A program made the position numbers and the translations under genes. Source: Octopus vulgaris (lineage: Eukaryota). Taken from it: a stretch of 64,000 nt of DNA. The notes beneath the pieces are model-generated. The model was not told where the DNA came from. It searched no databases and saw only the letters and a program-made list of their open reading frames with translations. The DNA lies in assembly GCA_951406725.2 (NCBI GenBank), contig OX597825.1, positions 89,032,001 to 89,096,000 of the forward strand, read 5' to 3'. Shown one piece after another: positions 41,881-56,539 of the stretch (its first letter is position 1; each line of letters opens with the position of its first letter).

Positions 41881-42089
41881 CCTCTTTATGCAAAATAATT
41901 ATAACGCCAATAGAAATGCTGAACACAGGGCGGTGAGAAGTAGAATAAATTGATAAAATTGTAAAGATTTCCCCCACAAACTGCGTAGACTCACTTCTAA
42001 AGACAACTACGATACTAGCCACAGAGAAAATAATAACAATGATATGTGTAAGAATATCAACCACGAAAAGCAACAGACATAAATTAAAG

Positions 42090-42200
42090 TTGAAGGATGT
42101 GGTGGTCAGTTCATTGATTGGTTTCTATCTCCTTTGTAGCTTTCTGCCCGACAAATAAATCATGGTCGAAAGATATTCTGATGTCTGCAGTGATCGATAA
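42090..42200 (-). mobile_element. Possible mariner transposase N-terminal relic
   Basis: DIRISFDHDLFVGQKATKEIETN resembles IR.IF..EF..G.KA.E...NIN. Confidence 0.35.
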
Positions 42201-42777
42201 GTAGTGTACACTCCACCTCTCAGCCTTACACTCGCACACATTAAATGTCGCATGGACCATTACCGACTCTAACACATACACTATCCAACCTAAGCATCTA
42301 AACGCACACACATACAAGTGCATAGACACACACACACTTAGGTTCATTTGTGTAGTCTTTTTCTCACATACTGTATCGACTTATCTCATTCTCCATCCCT
42401 TCTAAAACCAGTCGGCCTGTATTCCGCCATTCCATTGTTGGTGTAAGTAATTTTATAACAGGGATACATACCGAGGAAACATTACACTATACTTTGTATT
42501 CTTGGAGAAAACAGCGATGTGGAATTCAATAAACAAACCTTACTAAATTAGTTGATGTCGCAAAACGTTAACATGTTTTATAAGGTTTAAAATACCAAGG
42601 TAATTACATCTACACACACACTCACTCACAGTCATACACACGCATACATATAAATAATACACACGCGCGCGCACAAATACATATACCTATATATAACTTG
42701 GGTTTGATATACAATATATATATATTGATATATTATGTTATTCTTTTAGTTGTTAATTGTTAGTTGTTAAAGTGTTC

Positions 42778-42943
42778 TAGTCGCAGAAATCGGCCCCAAG
42801 ACTTACACTTCTTTGTAAGCTTAGTACTTATTCTATCGGTCACTTTTGCTAGATGGGGACGTAAACACACCAACGTCTGTTGCCATACGATGGGTACGGG
42901 AGAAATACAGGCAGAAAGGCACAGACACACATAAATATATGCA

Positions 42944-42997
<54 letters not shown>

Positions 42998-43061
42998 TAT
43001 AGATAGATAGATAGATAGATATATAGACGCACATACATGCATTCATACATACATACATACA

Positions 43062-43130
<69 letters not shown>

Positions 43131-43152
43131 CAGGCTTCTTTCAGTTTGTCTA
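42778..43152 (-). mobile_element. Partial SINE of the 45222 family with expanded internal microsatellite
   Basis: Reverse homology to gataga-ataagtactaggcttacaa, gtttacgtcccc and gtagac..actgaaagaag. Confidence 0.7.
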
Positions 43153-43162
43153 CGCCTATATA

Positions 43163-43425
43163 TTGTTGTGTTGTGTTCTTGAGCAAGACACTTCATTTCA
43201 CGTTGCTCCCACTCAGCTGTGCAGCTGCAGAAATGATCTGCGACGTCACTTGTACCAATTGTATCGGTCTTTGCCTCGGACAACATCAGCGACGTGCAGT
43301 CAGGGATGGGGGTATTCATGGGTGATTCTTGGTTTTCCATAAACAACCCAGCGCGGATTTGTGCCTCTGAGGGGAAATTTCTAGGTGCAATCCCATAGTC
43401 ATTCATGACCGAAGGTGGGGGGGGT
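43163..43425 (+). mobile_element. CORE-like SINE fragment
   Basis: ttgtgttcttgagcaagacactt CORE-like motif followed by a tail ending caatcccatagtcattcatgaccgaagg. Confidence 0.55.
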
Positions 43426-43449
43426 GTCTTCGTATATGTATGTATTAAT

Positions 43450-43700
43450 AGATTAAAATTATACAAAACAGAGACAATTCAAATGGAAGAATTAAGTTGT
43501 TATAAGTCTAACGAGTGTTTCTGGGCTGCTCGGTGATGCATTATTGTGTCGATAGATGTAATTTAACAAAAAATGCACTCAGTAACTTTGAAGAAATCGA
43601 ACCTCCGTTATTAGGGTAGAAAAAGATCTTACATTTCAGATCATGATGGAGAGTGGTTTAAACATGGAATGTTTAAATGTGAATATTTTCTAAAAGAGGA
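43450..43700 (-). mobile_element. Decayed pLTR homologous to 5330-5510
   Basis: Shares gttataagtc.aac...gtttctg and cctccg....agggt.ga.aagatcttacatttca. Confidence 0.65.
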
Positions 43701-44249
43701 AAGGCTCAAATTATTTACGCCCCCACACACAGCCCTCTGCCTAGCACTGTCCTGTATCAGTCTACAGAATTCTGAAAAATATTCCGCCAGCAGCTTTCAT
43801 TAAATTTGTTTTTAGGGCTTTCTTATGGGAGGATCCTGAACATCCCCACTTAACTGAAGGTGGATTGACCGATTACCATATAAAAGAACGAAGTCAACTG
43901 TCAACGGGGGTGATCGCAGCTATTTTTTGTGTGTGTGTGTGTGTGTGCGTGTTTTTCTGTTCGGTTTAATCATTATTTGATCCCTGTTAGACGTGAGCCA
44001 CATTGTTGATTGTTTGCTAAATGTCTCCTGTAAGGGTGAACCTAATTGTTTAACCTCATTGTTCAATTGTTGAATTGTTAGTTGCTGTTTTTTGTTGTTG
44101 TGATATTATGATCGTTTCCTTCCCCATTTATGAGTAAAGTAGATAAAAAAGGAAGGATGGGAAGCGAACCAGTTCCGGTCGGCAGCCAAGCTTTAGCCAC
44201 TGGGAGAAGCGTAACTACGGATGTACGACGGGTTCTAGAGGTGCAAATG

Positions 44250-44420
44250 GAGCAAAAGAAGTTAAAGCAGTTCAACAGATTTATCGTGAAGGCGTTTCGT
44301 TCTTCTTTACCTTCTGACCTTATGATTCATCCTTTCACCGTCGATAAAATAAGTACCAGTTGAGCAATAGGGCTGATGTAATAGATTCCTCACTTTCTTC
44401 CAAAATTTGAAAGCATTATT
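44250..44420 (+). mobile_element. Degenerate SINE (29913 family)
   Basis: ttcatcctttc..gtcgataaaataagtaccagttgagca..gatgtaat. Confidence 0.65.
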
Positions 44421-45221
44421 GTATTCACGTTCCTTTCCAATTACCATTTTAATGTTCAGTATGTGGTTCCTTTTTCGTCTTCCAGACCTAAAACCTAAAT
44501 GTGAATATAAACGGGTTATAAACCTGAGTTACTCACAATACTGTTATGTTAGACAAGAAAATATTAATTTCTCAAATAATCACGCACCACAAATGTCGAA
44601 ATCACGAAAAGCCAACATTATAAACACAGTACTTGACTGGAAATTATTTTATCAATCCCGGAACGCTTAAACTACAAAGCCAGCCTCCGCTGGATTCGAA
44701 TTTAGAAATGAAAGTAAAGAAAAGAATAAGGATTCTGGATACAGGCAAAATGAGTCATATTGTTGACAGTCACCATACCTGATTACAACGGTTTCAGCAG
44801 TTCAGTACTAAATATCATATTAACGCTAGATATATAAGTAATAGCAAATTGCACAGAAATTTTGAACGAATATTATGAGCTATAGTATCTATATGTCTTC
44901 GCTAACACATCTTGTTACTTTGAAACGGGATGTTACCAAGTTATATCTTTGAACTTGATAAAATATTTTGCTGGATTAGAACGTAATTCTTTCGCACGTT
45001 TGTCTGCTGGGCTGCAATGTATTAGGTCAAGTTGCTAGAATATTCAATAGATAATTTTACAATTTATTCATTTATGGTGTATATATTTTATTAAGTAAAA
45101 GACATGTTATCGAAGCATTCCAATCGAGACCATCCTAATACATTTTCTGATATGTATCTAGAACGACCTTATGTTACATGACTATTATCATTGATAGTTG
45201 GGTAACTGTAGTGCGATTTAT

Positions 45222-45412
45222 GGCGTAGGAGTAGCTGTGTGGTAAATAGCTTGCTTACTAACCACATGGCACCGGGTTCACTCCCAGTGCGCGCCAGCTT
45301 GGGCAAGTGTCTTCTATTATAGCCTCGGGCCGACCAAAGCCTCGTGACTGGATTTGGTAGACGGAAACCGAAAGAAGACCGCCGTATGTATGTATATATA
45401 TATATATATACA

Positions 45413-45466
<54 letters not shown>

Positions 45467-45657
45467 GTGTGTGTGGTTGTACCCCCATCATCGCTTGACA
45501 ACCGATGTTGGTATGTTCGCATCCCCGTAACTTAGCGGTTCGGCAAAAAAGACAGATAGAATAAGTACTAGGCTTACAACGAAGAAGTTCTGGGGTCGAT
45601 TTGTTTGACTAAAGGCGGTGTTTCAACTGACTGAACCAAGTAGAAGAGTGAAAAAGA
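45222..45657 (+). mobile_element. tRNA-derived CORE-type SINE, full length, internal (TA)n
   Basis: tagctgtgtggtaa (A box), gggttcactccc (B box), ttgggcaagtgtctt CORE-like motif, ataagtact..ctggggtcgat 3' core. Confidence 0.88.
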
Positions 45658-46644
45658 ATATATGTGTGTGTGCAGAAACGATATTTTATTCCAGATCGGT
45701 AGAAATATAAAAGAAAATGCACTGGGATTTTAATTTTCAAAGATTTAACCAGTTTCGCAGATGTCTCTGATTAAGACCACAGAAGCATGTTGCTCTCCTG
45801 TCTGGAAAAGTGACCGAGCTTTCTTTCCAAACACACAAACACACGCGCACACCTACGATTTGGCTTTAACTCAGCCTTTCACTCATCTGGATGACATCCA
45901 TTTGCTGCACTTCATGTTCACACACTCATACTCACTACTCACATATATATACACATATACACCCATTCCATTTACACATATGAAAGAAATATAGTCATGC
46001 AATACAGAGCAGGCGTTTGTAGTCTAAGATTCAGCTACTGAACTCCACTGTTTGAAGTTGCAACGCTTCAATTTTAAATATGAATGCACAGCTTTTCTCA
46101 ATATTTCTTTTGCTATTGAAAAACAAAGGCGTTCATGAATTTGGTAACGACCAATCACAGCATAAGAAGTGTAGGATGAGTAAATAAATATTATAGACAC
46201 TACGCCATTTTTTTATAAGCCAATGCTTTAATGGTTCGCATATAGTTTCAATGAGATCCAGTGTAAGATTTCCAAGAATAAAGAATGCTTTTTGAATGCT
46301 CATGTGATTGAAAAGAATGTGAATATACATTATGGGAATCGATGATGGTAAAAATGCTAATGAGATGCATTAACCCATAATTTTTCTCTCAGTTAAGAAA
46401 ACATTTGTTATAGCAAACTTTCTATACTGACTATTTATGTACACTGGGGGTTATATCCACAAATATGATCCACATCCTTATAACTTTAAAAAAGGAATTC
46501 AATATAAATTTACTCCTATATCTTTCAGTTAAGTGAAATCATATTCACGAGGGAAAGGCAACCAAAACTAGATTCCATATAATCATTTCTAATATTTTTG
46601 AACATTTTTTCGCATTTTTCAGTAATATTTGCAAATTATAAATT

Positions 46645-46862
46645 GGCGAGTTAGCAGAATTTTTACCGCTCCGGACGAAATGCCTGGAGCCATTTCGTCC
46701 GTCTCCACGTTTTGAGTTCAGATTCAGCTGAGAGCCTTTACCTTTCATCTTTTCGGGGTCAACGAAATAAGTACCAGTTAAACCCTGGGATCAATAAAAT
46801 CGATTTATTCTCCCCTCCCCCCTCCCCGAAATTGCTGTCCTCGTGCCAAACATTGAAATCAA
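46645..46862 (+). mobile_element. tRNA-derived SINE (29913 family)
   Basis: ggcgagttagcagaa..gagttcagattc..cggggtcaacgaaataagtaccagtt. Confidence 0.8.
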
Positions 46863-47337
46863 TGTTTTCCGACACTAGAAAAAAGTTGCATAAAAATTCA
46901 CTGAGACACAAGGCTACATATGATAGTGTATACAAGTATTCGATGAGATCATTTCCTGTTCTTGACTCGTATATACTTCATTACGATCAGAGTGAGGAAA
47001 GATAATTTAGCAGTATTTGAATTCAAGCATTAGAATATGAAACTAAATAATCACAAAGCATCTATCGGAAATTCTCCTTATTCAGATGCACCAAGTTTAC
47101 TTTCAGATGGTGCAATTTTTAATTTCATTATATAGAGGTGATACAATATGGGGGAAAATTTATGGAGTCAATGAATTTCTGTTACTTGTTTTATCACCCC
47201 CAGAGACACAGTGGCAGTCTTCGTAAATATGTGATGTACATTAATGTTACGAACCATTGTCTCTTAATCAATCTGACACAGTTTTCACTCAATACTGCAT
47301 TCTGTAATATCGAATGAAAAACGATGACACGAATATA

Positions 47338-47339
<2 letters not shown>

Positions 47340-47398
<59 letters not shown>

Positions 47399-47550
47399 GT
47401 TATTATTATTATTATTAAGGCGGAAAACTGGTAGAATCGTTAGCCGTCTGTCGCTACGTTCTGAGTTCAAATTCCACCGAGGAAGACTTTAACTTTCATT
47501 CATTCGGGTTCGATAAATTAAGTACCAGTTGAGTACTGGGGTCAGTTATT

Positions 47551-47648
<98 letters not shown>

Positions 47649-47665
47649 CATCATCATCATCATCA

Positions 47666-47722
<57 letters not shown>
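47340..47722. repeat. (TAT)n/(CAT)n microsatellites with embedded SINE fragment (47419-47543, +)
   Basis: Direct inspection. gagttcaaattcc and gataaattaagtaccagttgagtactggggtc are present. Confidence 0.88.
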
Positions 47723-47723
<1 letters not shown>

Positions 47724-48763
47724 GAACATGCTCATCATTTAATATTGCGGCATTTGATCTCGGAAATGAAAAAAAGTCAGCAACTATACACAGCAAGAAA
47801 TATTATCTGACATTCTAAATATTGTGCTAATCCAGCGGTCACTGCATGTTGTGGTATTAAAACTGCGTTAGATCTAATTAAGGAAAAATCTTTAAATCTC
47901 TCAGTTACTGAACTTATGAGTTTTACTTCCACTTCACTAAAACATTATTTTTTTTCTTTTACCTCCACTAAAGTCCATGTAATGTTTTCTACGCTTCGGT
48001 TTGACTTTAGATCAATGCTGCATTAAATGTCAACTGATGCAATTAGCACTTTGATCAATCTCATGTTTCCCGACTTTCATATTTAAATTAAAATCATTTA
48101 AGCAGCAACAACCCACTTCCATTTTATGTTGCTTCTAACGAACATGGCTACAAGAACTGACATTCAATCTTTGTGAAATAAATTGATCAAAAGATGAAAA
48201 TGACGATAATAGTGACTATGCTGCTGATGGCGTGAAAATAAGAGCTAAAAATTTTGGACAGTTTAAAATTTGCCCTGTATGTATGTGTGTATGTATGTAT
48301 GTATGCCTGTATGTATGTATGTATGCCTGTATGTATGTATGTATGTATGCCTGTATGTATGTATGTATGTATGTGTGTATGTATGTATGTGTGTATGTAT
48401 GTATGTGTGTATGTATGCATGTACGTACGTACGTATGTATGTATATATGTATATATGTACATTTCAAGATTAGTAAATGCTAATACGAATTCACGTATAT
48501 TAATTTTGAAAAAATCGTATACGAATATAAAAGATATTAAATGATCACAAAAAATGTCTTATATTTCATTAAGGTACAAGAAGATAACAGGATAATGGAA
48601 ATCTGAATTAGTTTTAATTAATACATCAGAAGATTCTAAAATGGGCGTTCTCACACTTTTACTAGAAATGATCGTGCATTTGAGACAAAATTATATAAGA
48701 ATTAAATAGCAGACTCAGAATCCCGGTGAATATGAAATGATTTAATAATGCGTGCGATATACG

Positions 48764-48810
<47 letters not shown>

Positions 48811-50388
48811 CTGTGTGTGTGTGTGTGTGTGTGTGTGTGAGTGCGTGTGTGTGTGTGTAGATAGATAGATAGATAGACAGAGAGAGAGAGAGAGGGGGGA
48901 AAGAGATGTCCATACACTGTATTTGTAGAAAAATTGGAGTATTGTAGTACAATGGTTAAAAAATAACTTTTGTTACGAAAAAAAATCATTGAAGAAAATA
49001 TTGCTATTATGTTAAAATGCAAATGTATTTGAAACGTTGAGAGAGCCATTTTGCACAGAGGCTTTCACTAGAAGCAGTGGTGTGGCTGCTGAACAAATAT
49101 TAATCTATAATAGAGGATTAAATTTAGTTACTGAGGTTATGAATATTTGGTGGAAAATGATAAAATTAATTTTAAAATAACGTATTTTATAAATAAGTAA
49201 TCACATGAAGACATGTAACTATATATATTTATGGAATCGGAAAATATTAAACGTAAACGTAGACACACATACACACATACACATACACATACACACACAT
49301 CCACACACTGACAGAAACAGACACACACACACACACACACACACACATTTATATATATTTCAAAACAAATTTACATTTACGAATACTTGGTTTATAAATA
49401 TTATAGAACGAACATAGGAAAATTTTAGCAATTCCAAGAGAATATCATTTCATCTGAAAATATAGTTCAACGAGAATGCAAATTGGGAACTTGGCAGATG
49501 TTCAATCGAATCAGATAAAAAGAAAAACACTTTATTGGTACCTCTTACCTCATTTAGAAATATGGAAGGAAATGTTTATGGCTAGGTGAACTGAGAACGT
49601 CATGAAATATAAGGAAGTCTCTTAGTCGACCGTCAAATGATTCTTTAATCTCACAAACGTCGACACACTAATACGCAAATAGCAATTCTATGTCAGTTTT
49701 AAAATAGAGACCATGGAGTTTTTAATGATTATGAGTTAGTGATCGGGAATATACGTTTGTTCATACATGAACGCACACAAACATATATGCAGACAAATAT
49801 ATGCTCACATTCTTAAAACATATATATATATATATGCTTGTGTGTGTGTTTCAGCATATAAGTGTGCGAATATGAGTTTGTGTTGCTTGGTGGAATTCCT
49901 GTATGAGTATTCAGTTGTTCAACCAACGCAATGAACCATCAGCCGGAAGAATTTGTGAGTAAAATATTAACTGAAGGGAAGTTAAATACGAAACAAATAC
50001 ACAGAAAATTGAATAAATTACAAAATATAATAAAATGCAATAAAGTCTAACAGAAGCACAAGCTCATTTAAATGTAATTAGTTTCATAATAGCGACAACA
50101 TTCTTGTTATAAGAGCATTTGAAATATATAATTATAAATCTGATGATTACATATATTATGATCTTCCAATGGAGAAACACGTGTAGTTCCTTTCTAATTA
50201 TAATTTCAACTCAAGTAAGTACTAATTAAGGTAGTATACCCAGCTATTGTACTGGTTTTATCCTTATGTATTATTTCTAGATGTGCATACAAATACCACG
50301 AGTTTTCCATCATAAATACTCATTATGTTCCTTTCGCATTATCTGAAATGGCATGCCCACAAATCTATTGACTGAAAATCGCAATAAC

Positions 50389-50716
50389 TGAACTATTATT
50401 CTGTTGTGTCTGGGGAGAGTCATTTTCTTTTTCTGCCTTATTATTCCACACACTCACCGGTAACATTTCCACTTTTTTTCTTATGTATATTGTCCTAAAA
50501 TGTTCGTTGTCTCTTACTGAAAATGTTGCAAGACGCAACGAAATTTTTAGGACAATAAAAATAAGAAAAAAAGTGGAAATTTTACCGGTGAGTGTGTTGA
50601 ATAATAAGGCACAAAAATAAAATGACTCTCCCCAGACACAACAGAATATGCTTCAACACACAAGCTCATATAAAGAATCTTGCAAACCAAATCCCAAAAC
50701 GAAATGAACTATTATT
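50389..50716. mobile_element. Fold-back insertion (~118-bp arms + 56-bp tail) flanked by a 12-bp direct repeat
   Basis: Arms at 50397-50514 and 50530-50648. TGAACTATTATT occurs at 50389-50400 and 50705-50716. A related non-inverted copy lies at 52540-52720. Confidence 0.85.
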
Positions 50717-50925
50717 AATTTTTATTATTATATATTTTGTATAATTCTGTATAAATATATTATAATCCTGACCTCACTGCACGATATGCTGATGGGTAAT
50801 ACGCGGTATATATTCTCCATATTAAAACGCATGAAATGGCAAAGGTGTGTACCTGATTGATTTGGAAATTCGTTTCTCCACATTATTCAAATTATATGCA
50901 TACGTACATACATATACATACATAC

Positions 50926-50961
<36 letters not shown>

Positions 50962-50974
50962 ATGTATATATATA

Positions 50975-51055
<81 letters not shown>

Positions 51056-51184
51056 ATATATATGTATATATATATAAGAAATATTTAAGATTCAGTTGAA
51101 TTAGGTACTTATATTGAGACACCAAGCCAGTTCAGTATGGCCCACGCAGATCGAAGTTAGGTGAATAAAAGCAAATAAGTAAAA

Positions 51185-51420
51185 AGGGTGTCCAGGAATC
51201 AGTGCATTACGGCCGTTTCAAGCGACTCCATTTAAACGATCAATGCTAACATTACATCAATCTGAGATAAACAGCTCAACTTGGACCCAGACGATCATAT
51301 TGATTTCCAACATAAATGATGATCAATTATTTTTTGTGGAAGAATGAATCAAGGGACAAAAATGTATAACAAAAGACTATTACAATTTAGACCGTAATGC
51401 ACTGATACCTGGACATCCTT
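51185..51420. repeat. Short inverted repeats (~28 bp) bounding a pLTR-like fragment
   Basis: agggtgtccaggaatcagtgcattacgg / ccgtaatgcactgatacctggacatcct. The minus strand has GAAA-CGGCCG-TA, a hammerhead stem III remnant. Confidence 0.7.
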
Positions 51421-51507
<87 letters not shown>

Positions 51508-51513
51508 AAATAA

Positions 51514-51709
51514 GGCAGCGAGCTGGCAAAATAGTTATCAGGCTAGGCAAAATGCTTAGCTGCGTTTATTCCGTCTCTTCATTTTGAGTTAAATTTCTGC
51601 GAAGGTTGACTTTTCCTTTTATCCACGCGGGGTCGATAAATAAATACCAGTTGAATACTGGTGTCGATGTAATCGATTTATCCCTTCCTCGAAATTACTG
51701 GCCTTGTGT
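51514..51709 (+). mobile_element. tRNA-derived SINE (29913 family)
   Basis: ggcagcgagctggcaaaa..ggggtcgataaataaataccagttgaatactggtgtcgatgtaatcga. Confidence 0.82.
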
Positions 51710-51789
51710 CTCTATATAAACACTATATTGATATAATCTGAGATAATCCAAAATCATGAGAAAGAATGCCAAGCTACTCCCACGGAGGA

Positions 51790-52230
51790 CAATTCTTTCT
51801 CAGTCATTTGGATCGCGGTCACTAATCGTGGTCAGTGCAGAACGACAAACTCTCAGCAGAACTCAGTGCACTACAGTACGACAAAATGAGCCACTGGGAG
51901 AAGCTAAACTACCTGAAGATCAAATCCCTAGAGAGACTACGCGAAAGATACGCAAGGATATACATAAGAAACATTATGGACTGTTAAACGCCCAATATAG
52001 GCACTGGATGATAAACCAACTCCCAATAAGGACCGCATTGCATAGTACCAAAGTTTGCACTGTCTCCATCTAGAATAAGAACCCAGCACAGTAATGACTT
52101 AAGCTTTTAGGACCCTCAACTATCCAAAGTTCTGTCATACAACCTTAGACCTTGGCAAATATTTATAGATGAGATACAGATATTCTCAAAAAAACCCCGA
52201 ATACTTTGTAGTGCTCAAGTGATTGAAACT
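51790..52230 (+). mobile_element. Decayed CR1-like LINE 3' fragment
   Basis: MSHWEKLNYLKIKSLERLRERYARIY resembles SYWERL..L...SLERRRERY.IIY. Confidence 0.6.
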
Positions 52231-54960
52231 TGAACAGGCAAATAAGTAAATGTAAGGATAGGCTAGTTAGACATGTTGATATATAAAATATTTGAAAGAG
52301 ATTTGATATAAAAATGTGTACAAATGTTTACATATAAAAAGGTCCGAGTGGCAATCATTATTTTGGACAAACCAAACGCCCCTGAAACAGCACTTGGACT
52401 CTTAAATCTCTTATTCCAACCCTTTAACTCCTTATATAATTTCTATTCTGTGTAATTCGGATCTTTTTACATGTAAACGTATGTATATTTTTTTACATTT
52501 ACATAAACACACAAACACACACACATATAGACATATATTTTGTTGTGTCGGGAGAATCATTCTCTTTTAGTGCCTTATCATGTAACAGAATCACCGGTTA
52601 AGTTCTCAAATTTTCTTTGCATCTTGCAACGTTATCCTAGCTGCGTCTTCTTTTGTTTGTTTGTGCGCATGTCTCCTTGTGTGTGCATAAAGACTTTTGC
52701 AATCCAAATCCCAGAATGACATACGTATAGCAAGGAAGATAAGCCAGTGCCATTGAAAGCTGACAGTCTTAGAAAAAGACTACGATTAAATAGAAATCGG
52801 GATCAAATGTAAAGGTAGCTGCGAATTAAATTCTATACACACATATATTCACACAACTCTATACACATGCAGCACTAATTTACTGACACATGAATATTTC
52901 CTCACAAAAAATTGTGTTACAGTGGCAACGCATATTTGTTAGTGTTCAGTTTAGTATGGCTATTATTATTGGGTTTTTTCTTATGATCATCATAACCATA
53001 ATAATCTGCATTTGTATATTCGATTAGAATTTTCTCTATTTTATTGATATGGGAAAAAAAAACCACACAATATATTATTCTGTCAATGTAATTAAAATAT
53101 ATTCACGTTTATTTTTATAGATTTGTCAGCTGTAGACTTTTAAATTACTGATATTGTTATTGACAGGTGTGAAGAAATGGTATTGATTGAAAATGCTGTA
53201 ACTTTCTATTATCAATTTTAGTTTAAAACATTCATCATTCATTGATACATAAGAAAAATGAAGATTGATGAATAGTTTTCAATATCAAATAAGTTACAAT
53301 CAGATGGTTACAAAGAAATTAGATAGAAACAGCGGGATTCAAACAACTGCATATGACTCATAACTGTATATCGAAAATATAGTTAACTATAAGAAAAAGA
53401 GTTCCATTATTCGAAGAACATGATTACGTCGGAATCTATTGTTGGTTGTTTTAACAAAATATGGTTGGCTATATTAGTGGGACTTTATAAATAAAATCGT
53501 TACACCCATCGCCAGTATACGCTATAGAATCCACAGTATGTGCAGCTACGAAAGAAATATGCTTAGAAGTAACATTGCAACTTAGATTTCGCTAAATAAA
53601 ACCGAACAACTATTGCGGTGAATTCTCATTTTTCACGTACTTCTATGTTTTCATACAAACACTTTGGGTATAACATGTTTTGGTGCAAGTCAAATGCTTG
53701 TATGAAACTTCATCTTCAACGTTAATATTAGTAATTCGAAATACATATCAGAAAATAAAACGGCTGAGAAATATGAATATTCAGTTATTATACGCAACGA
53801 CGTTTCCAGTTAAATATGTATCTGGATCTCTGAAATGATTATTGCAAATAAATGAAGATAGGAATAAGGCTATGTACACTCAAGAATCTATGTAGGAAAT
53901 CATCAGAAACTTCTACCAGGGATTCTCGATGACGATACACAATGTTTGTTTTTATGACGTTTACTACCACTATTCATCTTATTAACAAAACTCTCAGAAA
54001 ACTGTTGCCATGCAAAACGTCTGTCTTTATGTTAGATAAATGTGTGCACTAATAGCCTTCAACTCAGTAGAAATGACATGAGATATCCTATGGTTAAATT
54101 ATCATATAGTAAGTCCTAACTGCAAGTAACTTGGTTTGGATTTGATCAGCAAAATATATGAACAACACATATTTTTACCGAGCTAACAGGAGTAGCAGCA
54201 ACATCAATTTTGGATCTTATGTCAAATATACTGGTACTCTTAGATTTACTTCTTTCCACTTAACGACAAGAACTATTACCGACCTATATGCCATTAAGTA
54301 TTCGAGTAGAAATATACAAACTTTCAAACAACTAACAGTTGCAGATGAACACACACATTTTTGGAGAAATAATATTTAAAAGAAAATGTATCCATGTAAT
54401 ATATCCTGTTATACAGAGCAATTTCTGTCGAAGCGTAGGGTCATAATTGTTAAATTTGGTGGCATTATATCGTTTCTATCTTTTTTTTTATCCTCAGTAT
54501 AGAGGATGCCTAAGAGCACATTAGAGCAGTGTGCATTATTGATATTTTCGAAATAACTATACTATAATATAATGTTGTACTCGGAAACCAAGATGGCTGC
54601 ACATAATATATTATCGTTCAGTTGAAAGCGTTGATAAATGAAAACTTTAGTAAGATAAGGAAATACAAATTCTAGAACGAATTTTCTGTATTTCAGATAC
54701 ATCTCGCATATAAACCTCATGTATCGAGTAAAAAATATTTACAAAATAAAAAAGAAGTTATTTGTGATGAAGAAAATTCTACAAAATATGTCGTTTTATC
54801 GCGGCATGACAATTCAGTTGGTTTCGGCGCCATATTTGTCATGAGAGACTCAGGCAAATATTCAAAAGAAAACTTTGTAAAAACTACAATTTTATATAGC
54901 CATAAGTGAATTGCTATTTTCTTCTTGCAGCTTCATTTTGATCATGCTGAAATATATGTA

Positions 54961-55455
54961 CAGTTGCGGCCAAAATGTTCAGAACGGAATTGTTTTCGTC
55001 AGAAAAGTAGATATAATTTTTTAACAATTTTTGCAATAGATCCAATACTTAAATTATCCTTCCTTCGAAGTTTAATAATCTGCTGACGAATTGGTAACGG
55101 AGTAAGTGGCAATATATTAACAAAGTACACTGCAAATATTCTTACTAATGTTTAGTAAACGAACCGTCACGTAAACAAATTCAAAACATTAGAGTTCGCC
55201 GGTTAAATATACTAAAACATGGAGTAAAAGCAACCGTTCTGATCATTTTGGCCGCCATGGGTTTTGCAGTAAATCACTAAATCATCCATACCTTTTGTAT
55301 TATCCTCTCAAATTACACCAAAATCTCAGACAATAAACAATTAATATCGTATTTATTGTCTGTGAAAATTATAGAATATAAAACAACTTTGATAAAAATT
55401 CAAACCTACTTTTCTGACGAAAACAATGCCGTTCTGAACATTTTGACCGCAACTG
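54961..55455. mobile_element. Tc1-like MITE, 495 bp, TA target duplication
   Basis: TA|CAGTTGCGGCCAAAATGTTCAGAACGG..TTGTTTTCGTCAGAAAAGTAG and its reverse complement ending CCGCAACTG|TA. Confidence 0.9.
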
Positions 55456-56539
55456 TATATCATTCTGTGATCGTCTTGCGTTTTCATCAAATGTATATCT
55501 CCTTCCTTTTTTAAGATTGGAGAATGTGACTTGAAGGAGATTTGTATGTGATGTGTAGCAGGTAGAACGACCGTCAAAATATCCACGTTTTTGTACATCT
55601 AAACGTCTCATGGTACAATTTATCGCGAGATAAATTTTCTTTCTGAATTACTTTTAATATGAAAAATATGTTAGAGAATATCAATATTCAGTGTGATGCG
55701 TTGGAATTAAATGACGTAGTGCTTGTTGTTTGAGCAATAAAATTAATGCATAATTTATGGTTATTTGTTAGGAATGAAATTAATCTTCTGGGAATTGCGA
55801 AAAACGTATATTTCCATAAATAGAAGATGTGTAAAAGTACATACACCGATGTAATTATCCATAAACGACAACAATTCATAAAATAAATTATTGTGTCTTA
55901 TAGAAAAAATTTAATTATCGACTTGTGAAAAGAAAAAGATTGTTTAACTCGGAATTATCTGAGTCTATTTGTAAGTAGGCATAACACTAATGGATGGTTA
56001 TACTTTTCTAGTTGTATTAGTGGGGAGGTGTGTCTGTTTTAGTGTAATGGAGGAGTAAACTGAAACGAAATATTCCTTGAATTAAGCGAAATATACACTG
56101 CTGAATAATTTATGGTGTAGCTAATTACAGACCTGTTAATTACAGCATATAATGTGATATTTTGTGACAACGAATGGAAGTTGGCATTTATAAATTGGGA
56201 AACTAATTCTAACATTTTGATTCTAATTATTGTTTTCTCTTTCTGCAGAATTTATATTTGATTGTTAATATATTAAATACTAATGTTGATCAGTGAAATT
56301 TAAAGCGAAATGTTGCAATGCTATTAATAGTTTTCTAAGAAATGCAATATTTAGTCATCACAATGTTATTTAGTTTCTTAATTGAAAAATTCATTACACT
56401 GTAGGTCCAATTATGTCATAGGTCCAATTAAAACTGCTGGAATATTATTTAAGTATCGATTTCATTCAAAAATGAGACTTCGCTTTTTCAATTAATGTGA
56501 GTCATTTTACAGTTTTAATATCAACAGAGTCTTTTAATC

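Noticed and set aside
49880-49932. Second miRNA-like hairpin
   Set aside because: The stem is short (~24 positions), has several mismatches and a bulge, and has no basal extension.
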